NCBI GenBank assembly: GCA_018715925.1
Contig: DVKQ01000002.1
Span: 1 to 44,868 of the forward strand
DNA: 44,868 bases
Source of the DNA: Candidatus Onthousia faecipullorum
GTDB taxonomy: Bacteria; Bacillota_I; Bacilli_A; RF39; UBA660
Direction of reading: 5' to 3'
The notes beneath the pieces are model-generated. The model did no database searches and was not told where the DNA came from. It worked only from the letters and a program-made list of their open reading frames with translations. The stretch's first letter is position 1; the number at the start of each line of letters is the position of its first letter. Positions 17,290-25,487 of this stretch are shown here, in pieces. The translations under genes and the position numbers were made by a program.

Positions 17290-17507
17290 TGAGTTTTAAA
17301 ATTAATAAAAAATTTATACCACCAATTATTAGAATTTGTTCTAAATGTGGAGAAATAGATATCTATTGTGTAATTAAAAATGATAAATATATTTATGAAC
17401 TATGCCCTAGATGTGGATATGAATACAAAATAGGATTATTTAATAGACATACTCTTAAAAGTCTAGGTTATGAAATAATTACTAAAGGAGCAATGAATGA
17501 AATATAG
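17289..17507 (+). CDS. small zinc-ribbon protein
   Basis: CSKCGE ... CPRCG. Confidence 0.5.
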   Translation: MSFKINKKFIPPIIRICSKCGEIDIYCVIKNDKYIYELCPRCGYEYKIGLFNRHTLKSLGYEIITKGAMNEI

Positions 17508-17766
17508 ATTATATGTATCGGGTACCAACGGTTATTACAATTTAGGTACTTATGAACCTGATGAAACGATATTTTGCTTAGACTGGCTCTTGCTAGAACA
17601 AAAGACTAAAGAAAAAGTAATGGCAATAGAGGTTAATGAAGAAGATAATATAGAGTTTCCAGCATTCTTATATTTAGGCAACTTAGCAGATTATGAAGAT
17701 TTTAAGAGATACTTAAATAATCAAGATGAAGTTAGAATAACGAAACAATTTAAAAAGAGGAGATGA
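17497..17766 (+). CDS. hypothetical protein
   Basis: SD is AAAGGAG. Confidence 0.5.
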   Translation: MKYRLYVSGTNGYYNLGTYEPDETIFCLDWLLLEQKTKEKVMAIEVNEEDNIEFPAFLYLGNLADYEDFKRYLNNQDEVRITKQFKKRR

Positions 17767-17772
17767 TAATAG

Positions 17773-18147
17773 ATGACAGGAATAGAACTATTACAAATGA
17801 TTAAAAATTATGAAATAAAAGAAGGTGCAGAAATTAATGTATTAAGAGTTAATGAAGACTATTGCTGTTTTGATGTAGTAGCAAAACTTAAATACAGTGA
17901 TAATGATTTACATTGGTCTCCAGGAACATTTAGAAGTTTTATGCTATGGGATAATGACTATTTTTTTGAAATAATTGAAAGCCTTGAAATGCCAGATAAA
18001 ATAGAAGAACTTAAAATAAAAGAGATAAAAAATGTTTCTGGTAGGGATGTTTATTATTACTATGGTAGCGAAAATAAGGAAGTTAATAAAATCAATGAAT
18101 TAATAAAAGCAGTTAATTATTTACTAGATACACACAATAAAGGTTGA
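17773..18147 (+). CDS. hypothetical protein
   Basis: SD is AAGAGGAGA. Confidence 0.5.
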   Translation: MTGIELLQMIKNYEIKEGAEINVLRVNEDYCCFDVVAKLKYSDNDLHWSPGTFRSFMLWDNDYFFEIIESLEMPDKIEELKIKEIKNVSGRDVYYYYGSENKEVNKINELIKAVNYLLDTHNKG

Positions 18148-18247
18148 TAGTAGTCGTAATATGATATGAAGTACTCAACTATATTTACAAATTAGGAACG
18201 GTTGATATAAATTCTCTTAAAAAGTGGAAGAAGTTTAGGGAGGATAT

Positions 18248-18697
18248 ATGACATTAAAAGAGGCAAATAAGAAATTAGAAGAGTTAAATAATGATTATAA
18301 TTATTGGTTAACAGAAAAAGAAATAGCACAAAGTGTTGTCAGGCCTAAATCAGCTGATTTGACTCTTGAAAAAGTTGATGGTGGTACTAGAGTAGATAAA
18401 ATGTTAAAATACACTGAAATTCTAGAAGATAAACAAATCAATGAAACTCTAGATTATATTTTTAAGCGAAGGAAAAATATCATGAACTGGATAGATAATG
18501 AGTTAAAGAAGATGAAAAAATATGGAGAAGTAGTGGAACTAATCGTACAACTTAAAGAAAATACTACAATAATAGATAAAGCTACACACGAAGAGAGGTT
18601 TCTTACTTGGAAAGAAATTGCTAAGAGATCGCATTTCGCACCTGATTATTGTAGACAGGTATACAGACTTTATAAAAAAACTAGAGATATTGATTAA
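18248..18697 (+). CDS. putative late-gene transcriptional activator (ArpU/RinA or sigma region-4-like)
   Basis: It is the last gene before the packaging module. The C-terminal LTWKEIAKRSHFAPDYCRQVYRLYKK looks like an HTH. The call rests on position and motif only. Confidence 0.35.
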   Translation: MTLKEANKKLEELNNDYNYWLTEKEIAQSVVRPKSADLTLEKVDGGTRVDKMLKYTEILEDKQINETLDYIFKRRKNIMNWIDNELKKMKKYGEVVELIVQLKENTTIIDKATHEERFLTWKEIAKRSHFAPDYCRQVYRLYKKTRDID

Positions 18698-18788
18698 CTT
18701 CTCCACTTATCTCCGCTTTAGATGTGCTATTATTGTATTATGAAGAATTATAAAAGTTCTTCACACCAAATACCCTTTTTATTCTTTG

Positions 18789-18811
18789 AGAGCTAGAAAT
18801 AGCTCTTTTTT
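18789..18811 (+). terminator. rho-independent terminator separating the early/middle and late operons
   Basis: AGAGCTA-GAAA-TAGCTCT followed by TTTTTT. Confidence 0.75.
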
Positions 18812-18829
18812 GTGTTGGGAGAAGATGAT

Positions 18830-18910
18830 ATGGAACCGCAAGATTTAGCTTTAATATTTTCATTTATTCTGTTAATCATCATACTAACTTTTTGGGCTAG
18901 GGGTAAATAA
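18830..18910 (+). CDS. possible 26-aa hydrophobic peptide (MEPQDLALIFSFILLIIILTFWARGK)
   Basis: ATG lies 8 nt after GGGAG. It has a single TM-like segment with a basic C-terminus, and it lies between the terminator and the tRNA-like element. Confidence 0.25.
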   Translation: MEPQDLALIFSFILLIIILTFWARGK

Positions 18911-18913
18911 TAT

Positions 18914-18987
18914 CGCAGATGTAGTGTAGTAGTAGCACACGAGTCTCTTTAGCTCGTAGGGTGGTGCAATTCCAACATCTGCAACCA
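18914..18987 (+). tRNA. non-canonical tRNA-like gene, anticodon CUU, with initiator-tRNA-type acceptor end (C1xA72, G2:C71, C3:G70, A73, encoded CCA)
   Basis: Manual fold:
- acceptor C|GCAGAT / ATCTGC|A, followed by ACCA
- D stem GTGT/GCAC
- anticodon stem CGAGT/GCTCG with loop CTCTTTA
- T stem GGTGG/CCAAC (one mismatch) with loop TGCAATT
The connector, variable loop and T-loop are atypical. Confidence 0.4.
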
Positions 18988-19014
18988 AGAAAGCAGTTAA
19001 GGAGGTGGTATCGA

Positions 19015-19398
19015 AAGGAAGAGAAGAAGAAAATAGGCAGACCTTTAAAATTTCAAAGTGTCGAGGTCTTGCAAAAGAAAATAGATGCTTATTTTGATGA
19101 TGAAAACAATAAACCCTATACTGTTTGTGATTTGTGTGTATGGTTAGATTGTGATAGACAGACTCTATTAAATTATCAAGAAAAAGAAGAGTTTTTTGAC
19201 ACTATAAAAAGAGCTAAAACAAAAATTGAAGCTAGTATAGAAAAGGGAGCCTTATTGGGTGTCTTTAATCCTACATTTTCTATTTTTAATATGAAAAACA
19301 ACTTTGGTTGGCAAGATAAACAAGAAATAGATACCACTTCTTCAAATAGAATAGAAATTATAAACGATTTGCCAAGTGATATAGATGAAGATAAGTAG
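19015..19398 (+). CDS. terS: terminase small subunit; start codon uncertain (proposed AAG at 19015; the track start GTG at 18961 has no SD)
   Basis: ..KKKIGRPLKFQSVEVLQKKIDAYF....KPYTV.DLCVWLDCDRQTLLNY is a typical TerS HTH N-terminus. TAAGGAGGTGGT (18998-19009) is followed after 5 nt by an in-frame AAG. Confidence 0.7.
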   Translation, partial: KEEKKKIGRPLKFQSVEVLQKKIDAYFDDENNKPYTVCDLCVWLDCDRQTLLNYQEKEEFFDTIKRAKTKIEASIEKGALLGVFNPTFSIFNMKNNFGWQDKQEIDTTSSNRIEIINDLPSDIDEDK

Positions 19399-20749
19399 TC
19401 AGATAGCACCATCATTTAATAGAACTTTTAATAGCTATAAAACTCATCAAATCTATAATGGTGGTCGTGGTTCAACAAAAACATCTATGATTAGTTTAAA
19501 GATAGTTTATAACTGTCTAAACGAGAATAACTGTTCTGTAGTAGTTTTGAGAAAACATCAAAATCAGTTAAGAAAATCAGTATATAAAGAAATCAAAAGA
19601 GCATGTACTAGATTAGGATTGGTTGAAAACACTCATTACATAAGTACCGTATCGCCTATGGAAATAAAATTTCTACAAAACGGTAATGTTATTTATTTTG
19701 CTGGTGGAGATGATTTTGAAACTGTTAAAGGAACCATTGATGAAAATAAGCTAATTAAAATAGTATGGTTTGAAGAATTGACTGGTTGGGATAATTCAGA
19801 AGATATAGACCAAATAGTTGCTACATTTACCCGTGGTAATAATGATTGGTTTATGGCTTTATATTCGTATAATCCGCCTAAAAATAAATTTGCATGGATA
19901 AATAAGTGGTGCAATTCTATGAAATTAAGAGATGACTGCCTAGTTTCTGAAACAGATTACAGAACGGTACCAGAAGAATGGTTAGGCAAGCTGTTTATTG
20001 ATGAAGCTAAGAGAATGGAAAAATTTGATAACAAACGTTATCGTTGGATTTATTTAGGTGAAGTAATCGGAATGGAAGGTCTTATTTATAACCCTCAAAT
20101 GTTTGAGTATGTAGACAAGGATTACATAGAGCAAAACAAGTTAAGAATTCTTTATTTAGATTTTTCTGTTGATGGCGGACATCAAACAAGTGCTACTACT
20201 TGTGGGTGCTATGGACTAGCAAGTGATGGCTATTGGTATCTATTGGATACTTACTATTATAGTCCTAATGAAAAGCCTAAAAAGAAAGCACCTAGTGAGT
20301 TATCGAGAGATATCTTTAACTTTGAAATAGCCATGATTAAAATGTGGAAATGTGGCGAAGACAAAGAAACTATAGATAGTGCAGAAGGGGCCTTAAGAAA
20401 TCAGTTATATACTGACTATGGCAAAAGATTTCATCCAGTTAATAAAGGTAAGAATAAAGAAGAATTAATTGATTATTCACAGGCTTTTCTAGCAAAAGGA
20501 AAGTTTAGAGTATTAGATAATGACAATAATAAAATTTTCAAAAAAGAAAATGAAAATTATATGTGGAAAGAAGGAACTGTTGAAAAAGGCAAGCCTGAGC
20601 CTGATAAGACGGAAAAAGAATTTATTGGCGAAGAGCCTTATTACAATAGTTGGTCTAATGACTATAGTTATTACTATGCAGATCATACACAAGATGTTTT
20701 CCAATACTGGGTAAAAGATAATTTAAGCAAATTAGGAATAAAGGAGTAG
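19385..20749 (+). CDS. terL: terminase large subunit (PBSX/Terminase_3-like)
   Basis: Walker A-like NGGRGSTKTS, a C-terminal nuclease-type region, and overlap with terS. Confidence 0.85.
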   Translation: MKISSQIAPSFNRTFNSYKTHQIYNGGRGSTKTSMISLKIVYNCLNENNCSVVVLRKHQNQLRKSVYKEIKRACTRLGLVENTHYISTVSPMEIKFLQNGNVIYFAGGDDFETVKGTIDENKLIKIVWFEELTGWDNSEDIDQIVATFTRGNNDWFMALYSYNPPKNKFAWINKWCNSMKLRDDCLVSETDYRTVPEEWLGKLFIDEAKRMEKFDNKRYRWIYLGEVIGMEGLIYNPQMFEYVDKDYIEQNKLRILYLDFSVDGGHQTSATTCGCYGLASDGYWYLLDTYYYSPNEKPKKKAPSELSRDIFNFEIAMIKMWKCGEDKETIDSAEGALRNQLYTDYGKRFHPVNKGKNKEELIDYSQAFLAKGKFRVLDNDNNKIFKKENENYMWKEGTVEKGKPEPDKTEKEFIGEEPYYNSWSNDYSYYYADHTQDVFQYWVKDNLSKLGIKE

Positions 20750-20752
20750 ATT

Positions 20753-21139
20753 ATGAGAAAAAAAGAATTAATAGAGTTTCAAAAAGAATTAATGAAAAAA
20801 TTCGAAGAAAAATGCGACAAATGTATTTCTTTAGAAGAAACAATAACAAAACTAAATGATATAAATAAAGAAATTAATTTAAAATATATGGTATTACTTG
20901 CAAAATATAATAAACTATTAAAATCCACGTTAGATAATGAAACAAAAAATATTACTTATAATGGCAAATTGTATAAAATTAATGAAGTTAATCATTATCA
21001 AAAAACTGGAGAAATTGAAAGCATAGTAATAACTGCACATAATATTCCAGAAAAAGAGGGTTTAGTTAACTCTATGGGTAAAGTTTTTAAAGAAGCTTAT
21101 GATAGTATTAATGAAACGTTGTTTGGAAATAAAAAGTAG
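20753..21139 (+). CDS. hypothetical protein between terL and portal
   Basis: SD is AAAGGAG. The N-terminus is coiled-coil-like. Confidence 0.5.
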   Translation: MRKKELIEFQKELMKKFEEKCDKCISLEETITKLNDINKEINLKYMVLLAKYNKLLKSTLDNETKNITYNGKLYKINEVNHYQKTGEIESIVITAHNIPEKEGLVNSMGKVFKEAYDSINETLFGNKK

Positions 21140-21148
21140 GTGATTTAA

Positions 21149-22627
21149 AAGGGATTATATCAAGACATACAAAATAAATTAAGTAAAAAAGGAATTAACC
21201 TTGTTGTTGGAGATATTTACGACATGATGGCAATATGGAAGTCGTGGTATCGTGGCAACGTTAATGACTTCCACTACTTCACTATGAAAATGGCAGATGG
21301 AACTACGAAACAGTGCGAAAGATTAACAATGAATATGCCGAAAAAAGTATGTGAAGACTTTGCAAAATTATTATGGTCAGAAAAAGTACAAATAAAGCTT
21401 GATAAGAAGAAAAACACGGAAAGACTATTAGAAGTATTAGACAGTAAAGAAAACAACTTTAAAGTCAACTTTCCTAACTTTCTAGAACGTGTTTTTGCTT
21501 TAGGTACAGGAGTTACTGTAGAATATCGAAAAGATGATAAGACTTTAATCGATTATATAGATGGCGATATAGTTATTCCTTATAAATATACCAACAGTTA
21601 TATAAATGGCTTAATAACTGTTAGTAGATTTACAAAAGGAGCCGATAAAGATAAAAAATATTTTACTCATATAACTTACCATGAGTTTAAAGATAGTAAA
21701 TATACAAAACTAAACGAATTATATGAGTCAAACAATGAAACAACTTTAGGAGAAGAAATCAACTTTAACGAAAAGTTTCCTGATGTATTGGAATTTGAAG
21801 AGTTCGATACAGACAATCCTCACTTTCAAGTATGGGAGCCAGTTGTTGCTAATAACTTCGACACAGATAGCCCTATGGGTATATCTATATTTGCTAATCA
21901 GATAGATAAATTTAAGGCTATAGATACAGAGTATGATAGTTTTAATCGTGAATTTAGAACTGGTAAGAAAAGAGTTCTAATTAGTAGAGAGGCAGTAAAG
22001 AAACATTATGTACCAGATCCAGAAGAAGAAGGAAAAGTTAATTTAGTTAGTTATTTTGATAATAATGATGAGGTATATGTTGCTATTGCAGGAATGGAAG
22101 ACCAGCCTGTTAAAGAAATCGATTTTAATTTAAGATACCAAGAGCATATTAGTTCAATAAATGCACAGTTAAATTACATTAGTGCCGGTGTTGGCTTAGG
22201 CCAGAACTATTATAACTTTGATGGTCAAGGTGTTAAAACTGCTACTGAAGTTGTATCTGAAAATAGTGATACATATAGAACTAAGAAACATCACGAGTTA
22301 ATGGTTAATGACTGCTTATATGATTTAGTCAAAGCAATATGTGAGCTTGAAGATATTCCTTATAAATCAATTAATATAGTCTTTGATGACTCTATTATCG
22401 AAGATGAAAATGCACTAATTCAAAGAGGATTAGAACTATATCAAAGTAAGACTATTTCGCTAGAAAAGTTTATGAAGAAATATCTACACTATGAAGATAG
22501 TGAAATTCAAGAAGAAATAGCAAAAATTCAAAGTGAAAATAAGTTAGTTCAACCAGAAGGTATGGACTTTTTTGGAATGGAACAAGAAACAGAAGTCCAA
22601 GATGAAGAAGTAGTAGAGGAGGGATAG
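21149..22627 (+). CDS. portal protein (SPP1 Gp6-like family); proposed AAG start at 21149, first ATG at 21224
   Basis: AIWKSWYRGNVNDFHYF and overall length and acidic C-terminus fit this portal family. The frame is open from the AAG that follows AGGTGAT-TTAA. Confidence 0.8.
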   Translation, partial: KGLYQDIQNKLSKKGINLVVGDIYDMMAIWKSWYRGNVNDFHYFTMKMADGTTKQCERLTMNMPKKVCEDFAKLLWSEKVQIKLDKKKNTERLLEVLDSKENNFKVNFPNFLERVFALGTGVTVEYRKDDKTLIDYIDGDIVIPYKYTNSYINGLITVSRFTKGADKDKKYFTHITYHEFKDSKYTKLNELYESNNETTLGEEINFNEKFPDVLEFEEFDTDNPHFQVWEPVVANNFDTDSPMGISIFANQIDKFKAIDTEYDSFNREFRTGKKRVLISREAVKKHYVPDPEEEGKVNLVSYFDNNDEVYVAIAGMEDQPVKEIDFNLRYQEHISSINAQLNYISAGVGLGQNYYNFDGQGVKTATEVVSENSDTYRTKKHHELMVNDCLYDLVKAICELEDIPYKSINIVFDDSIIEDENALIQRGLELYQSKTISLEKFMKKYLHYEDSEIQEEIAKIQSENKLVQPEGMDFFGMEQETEVQDEEVVEEG

Positions 22628-22628
22628 A

Positions 22629-22841
22629 ATGAATTATAAGATAAGAATGTTAGATGAATTGCTCTATATTAGCAATAAAATTACTCGCTTGAATTGTTAT
22701 TTAGAAAACCGAATTATCAAAGAAAATGAGGGAAAAGAAGATTTAATGACAGAACAATTAAAGCATATGGAAGCATATAGAGAAATTCTTCAAGAGAGAT
22801 TAAGAAATGAATTAGTAGATATTTGTAGTGCATCTAATTAA
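22629..22841 (+). CDS. hypothetical protein
   Basis: SD is GAGGAGGGA. Confidence 0.5.
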   Translation: MNYKIRMLDELLYISNKITRLNCYLENRIIKENEGKEDLMTEQLKHMEAYREILQERLRNELVDICSASN

Positions 22842-22854
22842 GGAGTTGATATAA

Positions 22855-24606
22855 ATGTCTTTAAACGATTTAGAAGAACAAGTTGAGAGAATTTATATCG
22901 ATATGGAAAATGAATTGCTTTTGAATATTGCCAAAAAACTGTCTGCTGGTAAGCCTATGGAAGTAGACAAATGGGACGAAGTAAATCAGCAACCGTTAGT
23001 AGGCAGTGGCGAAGTAAATGAATGGCAATTACAGAGATTAAAAGAACTTAATGGTTTAAACGAAGAAAATGCAAAGATAATTGCCAAATATTCTGGTAAG
23101 ACCGTTGAAGAGGTAAATAAAGTCTTTGATAGAGCTAAAGAAATAGGTGTGACAAGAGATGAAACACTTATTCAAGAGGGAATTAAATTAGGAATACTTA
23201 ATGCAGTGGAGCCTGATACTGAAGAGTTGCTAGTTCGAAGCATTCTATCAAATGCAGTAGAAGAAATATTGACTACATTTAATAAGCAGAATAATAGCCT
23301 TTTAGCAAGTGCTGGAGATGAGTATAGGGATATAGTCAATAAAGTATCTTCCCAAGTTCTAGCAGGTACTAAAACCACTAATAAGGCCATGCAAGAAGCA
23401 GTAAGTCAGTTGGCAGAAAAAGGCTTAACTGGTTTTACTGCTAGAAATGGAGCAAGATGGAATCCAGAGGGGTATACAAAGATGGTTATTCGTACAAATA
23501 CACAGAATACTATTAACCGTATTCAAGACGAGAGAATACAAGCCTGTGGTGGCGATTTCATAGAAATTAGTTCGCATATAGGTGCTAGACCTTTGTGCGC
23601 TCAAGACCAAGGGCAAATATTTTCTTTGAGTGGTTATTCAGGATACATAGAAGATTTGGACGGTGGAAGAGTTAAAGTTAGACCGTGGAGTTCTTCAACT
23701 TATGGAAAACCTGCAGGAATACTTGGAATCAACTGTCGTCATTCAAGATATATGTTTGTTCCTGGACTGTCTAAAAAAAGAGAAATGGACTTTACCAAAA
23801 AAGAAAATGATAAAATTTATGCAGAAAGTCAAAGGCAACGTCAATACGAAAGAACGATTCGAAATAAAAAAAGAGAAATAGCAATGCTTAAACAAACTGG
23901 AGCAGAGCCTAGTTACATAAAGAGAAAACAAAATAGTTTAAGCAATACTAGAAAAGAATACCTGGAATTTTTAGATAAAACTGGTAGAACTAGAATAACA
24001 GCGAACGAATGGATAGGTAACACATCGTCAAGTCAGAAATCAAAAGTAATTAAGAAAAAAACAATTAAACAAAACAAAAATGAATATAAAAAATTAACTG
24101 TTACAGAGATAGAAAGAAGACAATCTTCAAGCGATGATGCATATAAAAAGTTCACTCTCTCAGAGAAGGAAGCTATTGATGAGTATTCAATGGGAGCTTA
24201 TCAAGATGTCAACGATTATTTAAATGGTAAATATCCAGATTATAAAATTGGAAAAGAAATCACAAAAGATATAGATAGTGCTATTTCAAAATACACACTA
24301 ACAGATAATATAGTTACATACAGAGGAACTGAGAAAAAATATTATGAAGGATTAACAATAGGAGATAAATTTTCTTTAAAAATGTATAGTAGTACTTCTT
24401 TAAATGAAAATATCGCAAAAACCTTTATGGAAGATAAAGAAAATGCTATAATGTTAGAAATTAGAGTTCCCAAAGGGACACCAAGTCTATATGTCGGTGA
24501 TAATAGTGCGTATGAATTTGAAGCAGAATTTCTTTTGGGAAGAGACTTGAGTTTTAAAGTTATTGATATTATTGATGATAGATTAATTGTGGAGGTTGTT
24601 AAATGA
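22855..24606 (+). CDS. MuF/SPP1-gp7-like minor head protein fused to a C-terminal mono-ADP-ribosyltransferase toxin domain
   Basis: The N-terminal two-thirds is head-morphogenesis-like (NTQNTINRIQDE, GARPLCAQDQGQIFS, INCRH). The C-terminus carries the R-S-E ART triad: VTYRGT, YSSTSL and EFEAEFLL (ExE). Confidence 0.8.
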   Translation: MSLNDLEEQVERIYIDMENELLLNIAKKLSAGKPMEVDKWDEVNQQPLVGSGEVNEWQLQRLKELNGLNEENAKIIAKYSGKTVEEVNKVFDRAKEIGVTRDETLIQEGIKLGILNAVEPDTEELLVRSILSNAVEEILTTFNKQNNSLLASAGDEYRDIVNKVSSQVLAGTKTTNKAMQEAVSQLAEKGLTGFTARNGARWNPEGYTKMVIRTNTQNTINRIQDERIQACGGDFIEISSHIGARPLCAQDQGQIFSLSGYSGYIEDLDGGRVKVRPWSSSTYGKPAGILGINCRHSRYMFVPGLSKKREMDFTKKENDKIYAESQRQRQYERTIRNKKREIAMLKQTGAEPSYIKRKQNSLSNTRKEYLEFLDKTGRTRITANEWIGNTSSSQKSKVIKKKTIKQNKNEYKKLTVTEIERRQSSSDDAYKKFTLSEKEAIDEYSMGAYQDVNDYLNGKYPDYKIGKEITKDIDSAISKYTLTDNIVTYRGTEKKYYEGLTIGDKFSLKMYSSTSLNENIAKTFMEDKENAIMLEIRVPKGTPSLYVGDNSAYEFEAEFLLGRDLSFKVIDIIDDRLIVEVVK

Positions 24607-24740
24607 TAAAATTAACAAAAAAGCAAAAAGAAATAAGAGACAATTATAAGAAAAAAACGGGAAAGGAAATGCCTCCGCCAAGAAAACTTAAAGACAGATG
24701 GGAAAAAGAAGAAATGATTATTATAAAAAAACAAAAATAG
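24603..24740 (+). CDS. 45-aa lysine-rich ORF coupled to the MuF-ART gene (possible immunity or accessory protein)
   Basis: ATGA overlap with the toxin stop, a strong SD (GGAGGTTGTTAA-ATG), and a terminator immediately after. It is not in the ORF track. Confidence 0.4.
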   Translation: MIKLTKKQKEIRDNYKKKTGKEMPPPRKLKDRWEKEEMIIIKKQK

Positions 24741-24741
24741 C

Positions 24742-24767
24742 AAGCACCAAATAAGGTGCTTTTATTA
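24742..24767 (+). terminator. rho-independent terminator
   Basis: AAGCACC-AAATAA-GGTGCTT followed by TTATT. Confidence 0.6.
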
Positions 24768-24851
24768 TGCACTACTTTATAGGTAGTGTGAAGAGTATTA
24801 TTCAGGGATATGAGGGCTGGATACTTTCCACAGTGCTTATAAAGCACTTGG

Positions 24852-24877
24852 GAACGTAGAAATACGTTCTTTTATTA
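24852..24877 (+). terminator. rho-independent terminator-like hairpin
   Basis: GAACGTA-GAAA-TACGTTC followed by TTTTATT. Confidence 0.55.
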
Positions 24878-24943
24878 TGTCCAACATAAAGACAATAAAG
24901 AATGGTTAAGTCCAACTTAATGACTTAAAAGAAGGGAGAATTT

Positions 24944-25471
24944 ATGGAACAAGAAAATGTTCAAAATGTTACAGAAGAAAAAGTAACTGAAAATACAGAA
25001 ACACAGACTGCAGAAGAAAAAGTGGAGAAAGCTTTTGCTACTCAAGAAGAATTTAATGAAGCTTTAAAAAAGGAAGTAGCTAGAAAAACTAGAAACGTAC
25101 CTAGTAAAGAAGAGTTAAAAGCTTTTAATGAGTGGAAAGAAAGTAAAAAAACTGAGACAGAGAAGTCTTTAGAAAAAGATAAGAGAATAGAAACTTTAGA
25201 AAAACAACTTGCTTATGCAGAGAACAAGTCGGTAGTGGCCAATGCTGGTGTTGATTCTAAATTTCAAAAGTTCGTTTTGTCAGAAGTTTCTGAGATTGAG
25301 GGAGACTTTGAAGATAATTTAAAAGATTATTTAAAAGAAAATCCTCAATACTTAGTTAGTAAAGTTGAAACACCTAAAACAAATGGTGTAGCAACTAAGA
25401 AAATTAGTAATGATGCCGAAGACGGGGTTACTGCTATTTTAAAAGCAAAACACCCTGATATTGATTTTTAG
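24944..25471 (+). CDS. scaffolding protein
   Basis: Acidic, helical and Glu/Lys-rich, and located immediately upstream of the capsid gene. Confidence 0.65.
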   Translation: MEQENVQNVTEEKVTENTETQTAEEKVEKAFATQEEFNEALKKEVARKTRNVPSKEELKAFNEWKESKKTETEKSLEKDKRIETLEKQLAYAENKSVVANAGVDSKFQKFVLSEVSEIEGDFEDNLKDYLKENPQYLVSKVETPKTNGVATKKISNDAEDGVTAILKAKHPDIDF

Positions 25472-25487
25472 AAGGAGAGTGATTTAA

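Noticed and set aside
18961-19014. The GTG at 18961 as the terS start, as given in the ORF track.
   Set aside because: It has no SD, its first codons overlap the tRNA-like cloverleaf, and the strong SD at 18998-19009 would then lie inside the coding region for no reason. I kept it only as an alternative.
21137-21151. Read-through fusion of ORF 20753..21139 with the portal (they are in the same frame, separated by TAG GTG ATT TAA).
   Set aside because: It would need suppression of two different stop codons. The equivalent capsid and tail sites are not in frame with their upstream genes, so read-through cannot explain the shared motif. TAA is also used as an ordinary stop throughout the prophage.
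21140-21152. The TTTAAAA inside GTGATTTAAAAGG (also at 25479 and 28192) looks like a -1 slippery heptamer (U_UUA_AAA).
   Set aside because: The zero frame needed for that heptamer and the frame reached after a -1 slip are both different from the downstream gene frame. The frame that would slip into the gene frame contains TGA within the motif. For the capsid, no upstream ORF feeds into the site.
25479-25487. GTG-ATT-TAA as a 2-codon mini-ORF (start-stop) with reinitiation.
   Set aside because: The GTG is part of the extended SD (GGTGAT pairs with the 16S 3' end), and no canonical reinitiation codon follows within 24 or more codons. I cannot exclude it experimentally, but it does not explain the open N-terminal extensions.
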